Source of the DNA: a virus
Lineage: Duplodnaviria > Caudoviricetes
Strand: one strand, 5' to 3'
Length of the DNA: 32,270 nt
Virus record (IMG/VR): IMGVR_UViG_3300044724_001206
Span: 1-32,270 of that record
The first letter of the stretch is position 1; every line of letters starts with the position of its first letter. The position numbers and the translations under genes were made by a program. This document shows, in pieces, positions 1-7,421 of this stretch. The notes under the pieces are model-generated. The model did not search any database, had not been told where the DNA came from, and saw only the letters and a program-made list of their open reading frames with translations.

Positions 1-264
1 GCCCTCTTGTTCAGTCTTTTCAGCGATACGCACTAGGCGGCGTAATATATCATCCGCTTCAATTTTAGTGCGCTTTGTTTGTTCAGCCTTTAGTTCAGCG
101 ATCCTTGCCGATACGTTTGGATTACGAACAATCTGCCACGCATTCTTCTTGGCATGTTGTTCTCCGTAGCCCGCGCGTACAGCAGCTCGCAGTGCGTTGA
201 GATCTTTAATGAACTCTTGGCAAAACTGCTCTTGTTGCGGAGTTAGTGTGTCACCTTTAGGCAT
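1..264 (-). CDS. terS: Terminase small subunit, N-terminal part (runs off window start)
   Basis: Manual translation from ATG 264: MPKGDTLTPQQEQFCQEFIKDLNALRAAVRAGYGEQHAKKNAWQIVRNPNVSARIAELKAEQTKRTKIEADDILRRL. Matches the LT.KQ..F..E...DLNA..AA.RAGY HTH signature of Terminase_2-type TerS. Not in ORF track. Confidence 0.9.
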   Translation of the reverse strand, partial: MPKGDTLTPQQEQFCQEFIKDLNALRAAVRAGYGEQHAKKNAWQIVRNPNVSARIAELKAEQTKRTKIEADDILRRLVRIAEKTEQEG

Positions 265-271
265 AGTTAAT

Positions 272-300
272 ATTATACACGAAGTGGGCTTGTAATTCAA
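272..300 (-). promoter_or_regulatory. sigma70-type promoter for terS/late operon, probably leaderless mRNA
   Basis: TTGAAT (300-295) -N17- TATAAT (277-272). ATG lies 7 nt after the -10 box, with no Shine-Dalgarno. Confidence 0.7.
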
Positions 301-318
301 GTACCGTTGCTGTATAAT
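290..318 (+). promoter_or_regulatory. sigma70-type promoter divergent from and overlapping the terS promoter
   Basis: TTGTAA (290-295) -N17- TATAAT (313-318). No credible ORF downstream, only a structured segment. Confidence 0.6.
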
Positions 319-421
319 AGGGGGGCAGGGCCGAAAGGTCTTGCGTCTCCTGTATAGTGGGAGAGGATTCAGTGCAACACACACACTAACACTTCACACA
401 AAAGCACACCTCTCCCCTTTT
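319..421 (+). ncRNA. Candidate ~100 nt structured small RNA (GAAA-tetraloop hairpin, CA-rich-loop hairpin, U tract)
   Basis: Stem 319-332/337-351 closed by C(GAAA)G with several G-U pairs. Stems GGGAGAGG 359-366/CCTCTCCC 409-416 and GTGC/GCAC enclose a 28 nt G-free loop (376-403). TTTT follows; promoter directly upstream. Confidence 0.55.
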
Positions 422-427
422 ATCTCG

Positions 428-519
428 AAAAGCTAAAAAGCTAAAAAGCTAGAAAGCTAGCCGGTCGGCGGCCGGGCTGTCTTGAAAAGCTGAAAAGCTG
501 AAAAGCTAAAAAAAAAAAA
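428..519. repeat. Two arrays of 8-bp-period AAAGCT repeats flanking a GC-rich imperfect palindrome, then A12
   Basis: 4 units at 428-458, CCGGTCGGCGGCCGG at 461-475, GAAAAGCT x3 at 484-507, poly-A at 508-519. Confidence 0.85.
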
Positions 520-621
520 GTTTGAAATTTTGAAAAAATTTTTCGAGGTGCATATGTATATGTGTATGTGTGTGTAATTTTTCCTGCCCCCCTCAACCGA
601 TCGACCCACCCCCCACCAAAT

Positions 622-901
622 AGGGTGCGACAACTTGTCCCAACCTCGTGCCTTATTTCTGACACAATTATATGCTAAGGGATTTTGTTCTCGTTTTGTT
701 CCTCTCTTTATAATAGCAACCCGACCTCGATAACCCTGTGGATAAGACACAATCCTGCCACAATTAATCTTATTATAACCTTTTTGCTGACACAATGTGG
801 CCACATTTAGGTATTAGCTTTTAGTTATAGCAAGGGAGCTAGATACCTAGTCAATCCCTGTTTAGATTGCTACCCCTCGATAGGTTTTGAGGGTGCGACA
901 A
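622..901. repeat. Dispersed repeats upstream of the early genes (putative protein-binding sites)
   Basis: AGGGTGCGACAA at 622-633 and 890-901; GACACAAT at 661, 746, 789; GCCACAAT at 757; perfect palindrome AATGTGGCCACATT at 794-807. Confidence 0.65.
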
Positions 902-910
902 TCTGACTAT

Positions 911-938
911 TTGACTTGGTATCCTGTTCTGATATGCT
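911..938 (+). promoter_or_regulatory. Early promoter (extended -10)
   Basis: TTGACT -N16- TATGCT with TG at 930-931, upstream of SD GAGGT and ATG 959. Confidence 0.6.
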
Positions 939-958
939 TAGAAAAAGCGAGGTAAAAA

Positions 959-1234
959 ATGGCTGTAAACTATGGAAATAGTCACCGAGTTTATACAGAA
1001 AAGCAAACGCCAATAGGTCGTAGCCCTGTCTATAATTCGGTAAAAAATGAGTATGAAGTTGTGAGTGATCGCAATAAATTGATCGCTAGGTATCCCACTC
1101 ATAAAAGGGATTGTAGTGAGTTACGAATTGATGGCTTTCACAGATCAAAAGTCAATGAAGTAATTGAGAAAGCTAAAGCCAAAAAAGGTAGAAAACCCGC
1201 ATGGCTCAAAGAATTTAACAAAACTATTAGATAA
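959..1234 (+). CDS. Early hypothetical protein, basic
   Basis: 91 aa ORF with SD GCGAGGT. Confidence 0.75.
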   Translation: MAVNYGNSHRVYTEKQTPIGRSPVYNSVKNEYEVVSDRNKLIARYPTHKRDCSELRIDGFHRSKVNEVIEKAKAKKGRKPAWLKEFNKTIR

Positions 1235-1253
1235 GGCAATATTGCCTTATTTT
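1231..1253 (+). terminator. Perfect 20 bp palindrome ending in a T run (terminator or operator)
   Basis: ATAAGGCAAT|ATTGCCTTAT at 1231-1250 then TTT, at the stop of ORF 959-1234. Confidence 0.55.
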
Positions 1254-1300
1254 AAACATAATTATAAATTATAAACTATTTTAACAAAGCGAGGTATTTT

Positions 1301-1510
1301 ATGACTAAAAAAACTTTTGAAAATATTGCTCGTATCATTGGCCGATTATGTGCCAACGATTGCGAGGGATTGACTAAAAATAATCTTGTCAATGAATTTG
1401 TCAGTTTATTTTCTGATGAAAATCCAAGATTTAATTCTGAAAAGTTTCTTCGTTATATTGAGAGTAGTGAGGAATTTAATAACATCATAGCAAAAGCGAG
1501 GAGCAAATAA
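1301..1510 (+). CDS. Small conserved phage early protein (NPRF..F motif)
   Basis: MTKK.F..IA.II...F..ENPRFN.EKF pattern seen in many phage hypotheticals; SD GCGAGGT. Confidence 0.8.
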   Translation: MTKKTFENIARIIGRLCANDCEGLTKNNLVNEFVSLFSDENPRFNSEKFLRYIESSEEFNNIIAKARSK

Positions 1511-1511
1511 T

Positions 1512-1715
1512 ATGAGTAAATTATACATGAAAAGATTTAATCCTGTATTAGATCAATCACAATATGAACTATTAAATAGAACTGAAATTAAATACATTGA
1601 AACAATCGAAGATGATTTCGACAATTTCAGTTTTGAGGAAGAACAGACCCTTAACAAAGAATTGGGAATTGAATTTAACCAAGAAATAAATCGAGGTATC
1701 AAACAATGGTTATAA
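1512..1715 (+). CDS. Small acidic hypothetical protein
   Basis: 67 aa, E/D-rich; SD GCGAGGAG. Confidence 0.7.
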   Translation: MSKLYMKRFNPVLDQSQYELLNRTEIKYIETIEDDFDNFSFEEEQTLNKELGIEFNQEINRGIKQWL

Positions 1716-1819
1716 GTTTTACAGATTATGTTCTTGACTTCCAAGAGGAATTGCAAGAGAAATTATCCGAGCAAGATTACAACGAGGTAATGCTCGAAAA
1801 AGCAGACAGCGAAAATTAA
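1706..1819 (+). CDS. 37 aa acidic peptide (not in ORF track)
   Basis: MVISFTDYVLDFQEELQEKLSEQDYNEVMLEKADSEN; SD CGAGGT at 1692-1697. Confidence 0.6.
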   Translation: MVISFTDYVLDFQEELQEKLSEQDYNEVMLEKADSEN

Positions 1820-1911
1820 TACTTGACAATGCCTCTCAATAATATATGAGAGGTATTCTCAAATATTAGAATTAGCTAGTATTTGAACACGACAAATTAA
1901 AGAGGTGTTTT

Positions 1912-3108
1912 ATGACATTACTTGAATTACTTAGATCAAATTACGCATGGACTAATGACGAAATTTTAGACGTTATTCAAAATAAAAATATGCCAATGCG
2001 TGATTATGATAATTGTATTGACTTTGTTAAACAAATCCAAATGGGTGCATTTAGAATCCATAGACGTACAAGTCATACAGTTATGGCAACTGATCTCAAG
2101 CACAACAATAATCTATGGCATTGTGATGATTGCGAAATTATTGAACATTTTGATGACTTGAGTTCTGTAAATCATGGAGATTATTCTGTTTGTAATAGTT
2201 GCCTAGATGATAATTATTATTATTCGGAAAGCCATGATACTTACAGACATAATGATGATTATGATGAGTACGAGGAAAATTACCAACAAGACAATGGCAC
2301 ATACAATTATGATACCAACGTCTTGGATTATGTATCGCACCAAGAACTCAAACATGAGCGTAACCACAAAAACTTGCAATACTATGGTATTGAACTTGAA
2401 GTTGAGCGTAGAAAAGATTGTCCATATGATATTGCAGACAGCATTAATTGTATGTTTGATGATTTTGCTATCTGTAAAAATGATGGCTCACTCGACAATG
2501 GCTTTGAGATTGTGACAGCACCAGCCACTTATGGCTTTCACAAAGATCGTTGGGAAGATTTTTTCAACAGTAAATTGTGCCAAGAAAATCTCAAGGGTTG
2601 GAATACTGATACAGCAGGACTTCACATTCACATTGGTAGAAAAACATTGCGACCAACAGACATTGGTAAAATTCTAGTGTTTGTTAATGATGACATCAAT
2701 GAAAATTTTATCAATGGTATCGCAGGTCGATCATCCCAACAATGGGCAAAGCGATCACCGAAAAAAGTATCTGATGTGTTGCGACCTTCTGGCGAAAAGT
2801 ATGAGGCGGTCAATACTAACCATTATCATACTATCGAACTTCGTATATTCAGAAGTAATATCACAAGACATGGCTTTTATCGTGTTCTTGAATTTACCGA
2901 TGCTCTTGTAAACTTTGTTAAGCTAGGAACTACTCTAGCAAATACAACACTTCATTACAAAGCATTTTGCCATTTTGTGTCCAAACCAGAATGGAGATCA
3001 CAATATCCCAACTTACTCGCGTGGCTTATTCGCAAGGGTTATGTGAAGGATATGCAACCAAGTCGTAACGTTGTTGTTACTGACTTACTTGAAACAGCTA
3101 CTAACTGA
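1912..3108 (+). CDS. Amidoligase (COOH-NH2 ligase type 2, Amidoligase_2) with N-terminal CxxC...CxxC Zn ribbon
   Basis: Motifs GIELEVE, KNDGSL..GFEIVTAP, AGLHIHIG, KYEAVN, TIELRIFRS; CDDC and CNSC pairs; adjacent to a GATase. Confidence 0.88.
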   Translation: MTLLELLRSNYAWTNDEILDVIQNKNMPMRDYDNCIDFVKQIQMGAFRIHRRTSHTVMATDLKHNNNLWHCDDCEIIEHFDDLSSVNHGDYSVCNSCLDDNYYYSESHDTYRHNDDYDEYEENYQQDNGTYNYDTNVLDYVSHQELKHERNHKNLQYYGIELEVERRKDCPYDIADSINCMFDDFAICKNDGSLDNGFEIVTAPATYGFHKDRWEDFFNSKLCQENLKGWNTDTAGLHIHIGRKTLRPTDIGKILVFVNDDINENFINGIAGRSSQQWAKRSPKKVSDVLRPSGEKYEAVNTNHYHTIELRIFRSNITRHGFYRVLEFTDALVNFVKLGTTLANTTLHYKAFCHFVSKPEWRSQYPNLLAWLIRKGYVKDMQPSRNVVVTDLLETATN

Positions 3109-3120
3109 AAGGGGTAGATT

Positions 3121-4047
3121 ATGTGCTTAATTATAGCAACCGAAAATCCAAAACAACTATCATCAGCTTTATTGGAAACAGCTTATGAAAATAATTCTGA
3201 TGGTTTTGGTGTGATGTTTATCAATAAGGGTAAACTTCATACACACAAAATTGTACCAAAAACATTTGCAGACATTGAAAAGATGTGGTCTAAATATCAA
3301 GACCTTGAAACCCCAATGGGTATTCACTTTCGATTTGCAACCAATGGCGATACAAACAAATCAATGTCACATCCATTCCAAGTGCTATCCAAAGCTAAAG
3401 GGGATGACAGAGATATGTGGGTAATGCACAATGGCCCTCAGTTGCCAACACCTATGATTGATGATAACAAATCTGACACACATCAGTTTGTCAAGTGGGT
3501 GTTGCGACCACAACTATCAGCCAATCCAAAACTATTGCACAATGCCGAGTGGCAATCCATGATCGAAGAACTGATTGGCACAGACAAACTTTTATTTCTT
3601 GATGGCAAGACTAAGGAGTTTGTTATCTTCAACGAAGATCAAGGTAAACACATGGATAATATTGGGTGGCTATCCAATACATATTCCATACAACCTTCGT
3701 ACAGTTCCACGACACGCACCAAATATTGGAATGACAAAACTAATGAGATCGAGGATCGATCTAACAAGTGGACTTATGATGATGAGTATTGGTCTTATGG
3801 TCACTACTCTGGTAGGAATTATTACAACACTACTAAGACACCTATAAGTGTGCAAGAGCCAAAAACTAATACGCAACTTGCACTACCTTTATCGGAAGAT
3901 GAAACCGATGAAACCATGTGGAATGGCAAAACTCTCTTGTGGGAAGATGTTGTTACCTTAGATAAAGATGAAATCATATCGTTATGTGAAGAAAATCCTG
4001 TTGGTATGGGTGTTCTGATCAGCGAAGAATTTGTGGGGAATAGATAA
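3121..4047 (+). CDS. Class II (Ntn) glutamine amidotransferase
   Basis: N-terminal catalytic Cys (MC), N.DGFG, HFRFATNG, HPF, HNG and SDT motifs. Confidence 0.9.
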   Translation: MCLIIATENPKQLSSALLETAYENNSDGFGVMFINKGKLHTHKIVPKTFADIEKMWSKYQDLETPMGIHFRFATNGDTNKSMSHPFQVLSKAKGDDRDMWVMHNGPQLPTPMIDDNKSDTHQFVKWVLRPQLSANPKLLHNAEWQSMIEELIGTDKLLFLDGKTKEFVIFNEDQGKHMDNIGWLSNTYSIQPSYSSTTRTKYWNDKTNEIEDRSNKWTYDDEYWSYGHYSGRNYYNTTKTPISVQEPKTNTQLALPLSEDETDETMWNGKTLLWEDVVTLDKDEIISLCEENPVGMGVLISEEFVGNR

Positions 4048-4739
4048 TGACGAACTACTTTAAACCAACTGTTGATACTGACTACAACCAAACAATAGTC
4101 TTTGGTGTGTCAACCTCTAATCGTAAAAAAGATTTCGGTCTTGTCAAAGCATTAGGTTATAGATTTGACCGAGATACAAAACTTGAAATCGTATGGGCAA
4201 ATGTCCAAAAGATTAATGGGTTTCCACCTTTTATCCGATTGAAGAATGTACAATTTGGATATGTGCCTAGCGGCAAATCCAGTACTGATATTGTATGGGT
4301 AAATGACAAACGTTATATTCCTGTACGTGAAACACAGTACATTTGTTATCGAGGTGTGCGTATCCGAAAAGCAGAGTACGATACGTTACATAGACCAGAC
4401 CAAAAGGAATGGACAACTGTCGAAAGACAAATAAGACGTGACGAAACGTTGCAATTATCTTTATCTTCATTAGTGAAGAAGTGGAAAGATACTGGAATCT
4501 GGGAGCAGATTGGAACAAAGACCAAGACAAGTGAATATTTGTCAGCTCTTACCCCACACGAATTTCTATCACATAAAAGCTCTGGGCCGACAGCACGAAT
4601 TGCACAATCGATTGCAGATTTAAGGGGGCATTTCGTAATACCAATGAAAGCCTTAGCAGTGCAACTGGCCAATACTTATGGCGGACTTTCAATACAACAG
4701 TTGTTCTACGAAAACCAACCACGTTACGTTGCCGAGTAA
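4047..4739 (+). CDS. Hypothetical basic protein directly upstream of the origin-like repeats
   Basis: 230 aa ORF coupled to the GATase (TAATG overlap); no motif recognised. Confidence 0.75.
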   Translation: MTNYFKPTVDTDYNQTIVFGVSTSNRKKDFGLVKALGYRFDRDTKLEIVWANVQKINGFPPFIRLKNVQFGYVPSGKSSTDIVWVNDKRYIPVRETQYICYRGVRIRKAEYDTLHRPDQKEWTTVERQIRRDETLQLSLSSLVKKWKDTGIWEQIGTKTKTSEYLSALTPHEFLSHKSSGPTARIAQSIADLRGHFVIPMKALAVQLANTYGGLSIQQLFYENQPRYVAE

Positions 4740-4921
4740 CACCGAAAGAACACCGAAAGAATACCGAGCGTACCTGTTTTCCTGTTAGGGGGGCAGGTAT
4801 GTATTATTATATAATAAAAATAATAATAAATTTTAAATCGTTAATAGGGGTTTCGCATACCCCACTCACCCCAAAAGTGGGTACGTTCGGTGTCATATCG
4901 GTGTCATATCGGTATTATTCG
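4733..4921. other. Putative replication origin: inverted iteron arms flanking an AT-rich core
   Basis: 42 bp arms 4733-4774 and 4880-4921 are imperfect inverted repeats. ACCGA at 4741/4752/4763 and TCGGT at 4887/4898/4909 (11 bp period). 37 bp pure A/T at 4802-4838. Confidence 0.6.
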
Positions 4922-4922
4922 A

Positions 4923-4950
4923 TTGACAAATAAGGAGATTATGATATGAT
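4923..4950 (+). promoter_or_regulatory. sigma70-type promoter abutting the right iteron arm
   Basis: TTGACA -N16- TATGAT with TGn extension. Confidence 0.55.
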
Positions 4951-5047
4951 GACTTTTACTTTTTTAACTTTAATTAGTTTCATGTGTGGCATTGCGTGTG
5001 GCTTTATTGCATTTGGAACTTATACCTTTGTGAAGGGGGGCAGATGA
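4946..5047 (+). CDS. 33 aa single-TM peptide (not in ORF track)
   Basis: MMTFTFLTLISFMCGIACGFIAFGTYTFVKGGR; SD AAGGAG at 4932-4937. Confidence 0.55.
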   Translation: MMTFTFLTLISFMCGIACGFIAFGTYTFVKGGR

Positions 5048-5115
5048 AATGGTTGACACTACAGTTCTTTATACTGTTATTTTTATTATCGGTTTATTCA
5101 TCGTCTGGTATATAA
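5044..5115 (+). CDS. 23 aa hydrophobic peptide (not in ORF track)
   Basis: MKWLTLQFFILLFLLSVYSSSGI; ATGA overlap with the previous ORF. Confidence 0.4.
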   Translation: MKWLTLQFFILLFLLSVYSSSGI

Positions 5116-5119
5116 ACAG

Positions 5120-5626
5120 ATGATTATCGGAAAGTATATACCTGACAACGCATTGCAAGTGCGATACATACATCCATACTACGATACAGATGAAGATGGT
5201 TATCGTTACATAGTTAATGAAGATGAGGCGACCGATGTGTGGCAGCTTATCATGGATGTAAACAGAACAAGCAAACCTTTGTACTACAGGCGACGCGTAT
5301 CTGAATACGCAAGAGATGATGTGCGACGTTGGAACAGATCAATCAATGACGCCAACCGAAACACAACTGACTTTCAAGACTGGTATTATGTGCGTGTCAA
5401 AAAGGTAGGCCGACGTGTGTTGATTGTTCATGATCTAGCATACTGGATGAAAGTATATGAAAGATACAAGAACACAGTGCCGCGAAACCTAAATGTATTA
5501 AACGAGCCAAGACTAACAGCGGCTAATCGCAACCACAGGGTGTCCGCGTATATTGATGGGGCTTGGCAAGCTCTAGAAGAATCATGGGAAATGGAAAGGA
5601 GAAGGGCAGAAAATGACGAACGTTAA
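5120..5626 (+). CDS. Hypothetical protein (R/Y/W-rich)
   Basis: 168 aa ORF in an operon-like array. Confidence 0.75.
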   Translation: MIIGKYIPDNALQVRYIHPYYDTDEDGYRYIVNEDEATDVWQLIMDVNRTSKPLYYRRRVSEYARDDVRRWNRSINDANRNTTDFQDWYYVRVKKVGRRVLIVHDLAYWMKVYERYKNTVPRNLNVLNEPRLTAANRNHRVSAYIDGAWQALEESWEMERRRAENDER

Positions 5627-5894
5627 TATAAATAAAAAAGACTTAAACATTTTAGAGATAGAATGGATTGACGCAGTGTCGGATGATAACTCGTGGCAAG
5701 ACGTAACTGAATTGCAAAAACAAAAGCTAAGACCTGTCACAAGTGTCGGATATTTATTGAAAGAAGATAGCAAATCTACCATTATTGTGTCATCTTTTGA
5801 TGAAGAAAGTCAATGTGGTGGTGGAGGTGTGGTTATTCCTACCAACTGTATAATAAAAAAGACAATACTAAAAGGACAAATTGATGTTGAATGA
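5613..5894 (+). CDS. Conserved small beta-rich phage protein of unknown function
   Basis: IEW.DA...W...SVGYLL.E......SS.D.....IP..CI.K pattern common in phage hypotheticals. Confidence 0.8.
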   Translation: MTNVNINKKDLNILEIEWIDAVSDDNSWQDVTELQKQKLRPVTSVGYLLKEDSKSTIIVSSFDEESQCGGGGVVIPTNCIIKKTILKGQIDVE

Positions 5895-6300
5895 TTATGA
5901 TTGGAGAACTAATCTATTTGTCTATGGTACATTAAAGAAAGGGGGCAGACTTCACAGTGTGCTTGGCAACTCGGCAGAGTTTGTAGGACAATATGTCACA
6001 GCAGATTCTAAGTATGATTTGTTTAGTTACGCCAAGAGTTTTCCTATCATGGTGGCCAGAGAGAATGGATATAAAATAAGAGGAGAAGTGTGGTCGGTCA
6101 CACCAGAAAGTATGGACAGGGTAAATGCAATCGAGAGTGGCTCGCATTACTATCCATTCCAGATAGATGTGATGAATGAACACACAAAAGAATATGAAAT
6201 CGGTTCGGCTATGACATTTTTATTCCCGGGCAACAAGCACAAACTTATGCCTGTGTCGGATATAAATGAAGTCGAAGGAGTAAAGGAGTGGGTATGTTGA
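5884..6300 (+). CDS. Gamma-glutamylcyclotransferase (AIG2/GGCT-like)
   Basis: LFVYGTLKKG signature, I.GEVW.V, AIE...Y; ATG at 5884. Confidence 0.9.
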   Translation: MLNDYDWRTNLFVYGTLKKGGRLHSVLGNSAEFVGQYVTADSKYDLFSYAKSFPIMVARENGYKIRGEVWSVTPESMDRVNAIESGSHYYPFQIDVMNEHTKEYEIGSAMTFLFPGNKHKLMPVSDINEVEGVKEWVC

Positions 6301-6461
6301 ATGTAATCGCAAGTGTCTTGGTTATATTAACCTTGACAGCTATACCAACAATCAGTATAGTAGGATTCATTACTGATGAACAATACAGAAATCCATTTGT
6401 ATTGTTTTTAATAATAATGTTTATTTACATAGGAGCAAAAGCATGGATGAAACCAAGTTAA
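6294..6461 (+). CDS. 55 aa two-TM membrane protein (not in ORF track)
   Basis: MLNVIASVLVILTLTAIPTISIVGFITDEQYRNPFVLFLIIMFIYIGAKAWMKPS; SD AAGGAG; fills the gap between neighbouring genes. Confidence 0.7.
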   Translation: MLNVIASVLVILTLTAIPTISIVGFITDEQYRNPFVLFLIIMFIYIGAKAWMKPS

Positions 6462-6712
6462 AATTAAAACAAAAACCAGAACTAGAAATAGCAGACATTG
6501 ATGACCTCATGGAAGAGGGAGACTTTGTTATGGATGGGTATCAAGTTAACTTAGATCCCAACCAACATTATAACAATGATGATCTTGGGGTAGACCATGA
6601 TGATTATGAAAACATACAGGAGGAATATGGCTTACAATCCCAAGACGTACAACCTATTGCACTCGACAGATTTATCGAACGCATTGGAAAAAGCCGTCGA
6701 TCATCTAGATAA
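6443..6712 (+). CDS. Highly acidic small protein
   Basis: 89 aa, D/E-rich; SD AGGAG. Confidence 0.65.
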   Translation: MDETKLKLKQKPELEIADIDDLMEEGDFVMDGYQVNLDPNQHYNNDDLGVDHDDYENIQEEYGLQSQDVQPIALDRFIERIGKSRRSSR

Positions 6713-6950
6713 TAGTGAAAGTGATGAACCATTTTTAGAATTAAAATGTGACAAACCTTTCTCATTACAGATGAGATTGTATCGGTATGTGAAAGCATAC
6801 AAAGTTCAAATGCGTGACAAGTCTGAAGTTGATGAGTGTCGCTATGATCATTTGATATTTAAATCAACAGATGATTCGGTGCGAATCACATCAGCTTTAG
6901 AACAAGACACATCATTTGTTATCACAGATGAGAAAGGAAATAATTTATGA
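6627..6950 (+). CDS. Hypothetical protein
   Basis: ATG 6627 follows SD AGGAGG, in frame with track ORF 6597-6950. Confidence 0.7.
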   Translation: MAYNPKTYNLLHSTDLSNALEKAVDHLDNSESDEPFLELKCDKPFSLQMRLYRYVKAYKVQMRDKSEVDECRYDHLIFKSTDDSVRITSALEQDTSFVITDEKGNNL

Positions 6951-7270
6951 GCAAAGAACTATCAGACGTTAATCAAAAACTATTTGTTGATTGTCTAGAA
7001 GATTTGAAAAAACCTATTGCCGATCTGTGTGCCAAGTATCCAATCGCTTTGGTTGAGTCGGCACTGATTGAATTAGGTATGCGTATGATATTAACATCGG
7101 CAGGAAGTTTGCCCGCGTTACATATGCTATCGGTTTGTGTGCAGAACGCCACATCAATAGGACACTTAATAGAAAAAGACATTGCTTCCATGAGGGAAGA
7201 AGGTCAGGAACCAGATGCATTGGAGGATTGGTTATATAATGCAAACATTACAGGAAAAACAATACATTAA
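6947..7270 (+). CDS. Hypothetical protein
   Basis: 107 aa, ATGA overlap with the previous gene, SD AAGGA. Confidence 0.75.
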   Translation: MSKELSDVNQKLFVDCLEDLKKPIADLCAKYPIALVESALIELGMRMILTSAGSLPALHMLSVCVQNATSIGHLIEKDIASMREEGQEPDALEDWLYNANITGKTIH

Positions 7271-7421
7271 TCATGTTCCAACCCAACTAAAATATTGGGC
7301 AGATCAAATGTATGACGCAGAATTTGAGGAACGTTGGCGTGCATATCATGAAGCACAGGGTATGTACAATTATTACAAAGCATTAAACGATGAAGGGATA
7401 GAACATGAACCAAATTTTTAA
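7239..7421 (+). CDS. Small hypothetical protein (start uncertain)
   Basis: In frame with track ORF 7215-7421; GGAGG at 7222-7226. Confidence 0.55.
   Translation: MQTLQEKQYINHVPTQLKYWADQMYDAEFEERWRAYHEAQGMYNYYKALNDEGIEHEPNF

Noticed and set aside
323-330. KOPS octamer GGGCAGGG
   Set aside because: I noticed only one copy; the enriched motif is GGGGGCA, which does not match the GGGNAGGG consensus.
319-421. tRNA, tmRNA or ribozyme identity for the structured RNA
   Set aside because: No cloverleaf, T-loop, CCA end or hammerhead core recognised.
548-576. Alternating purine-pyrimidine tract as functional Z-DNA
   Set aside because: Mostly AT/GT dinucleotides, weak Z-formers; kept only as part of the terminus-region description.
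441-804. Track ORFs 441-665 and 457-804 (minus strand)
   Set aside because: They translate repeats and low-complexity tracts of the control region and are not protein-like.
4733-4921. Repeats as a mini-CRISPR array or transposon ends
   Set aside because: Units are 11 bp without unique spacers; no transposase or target-site duplication.
5053-5075. TTGACA...TATACT promoter
   Set aside because: The spacer is only 11 bp.
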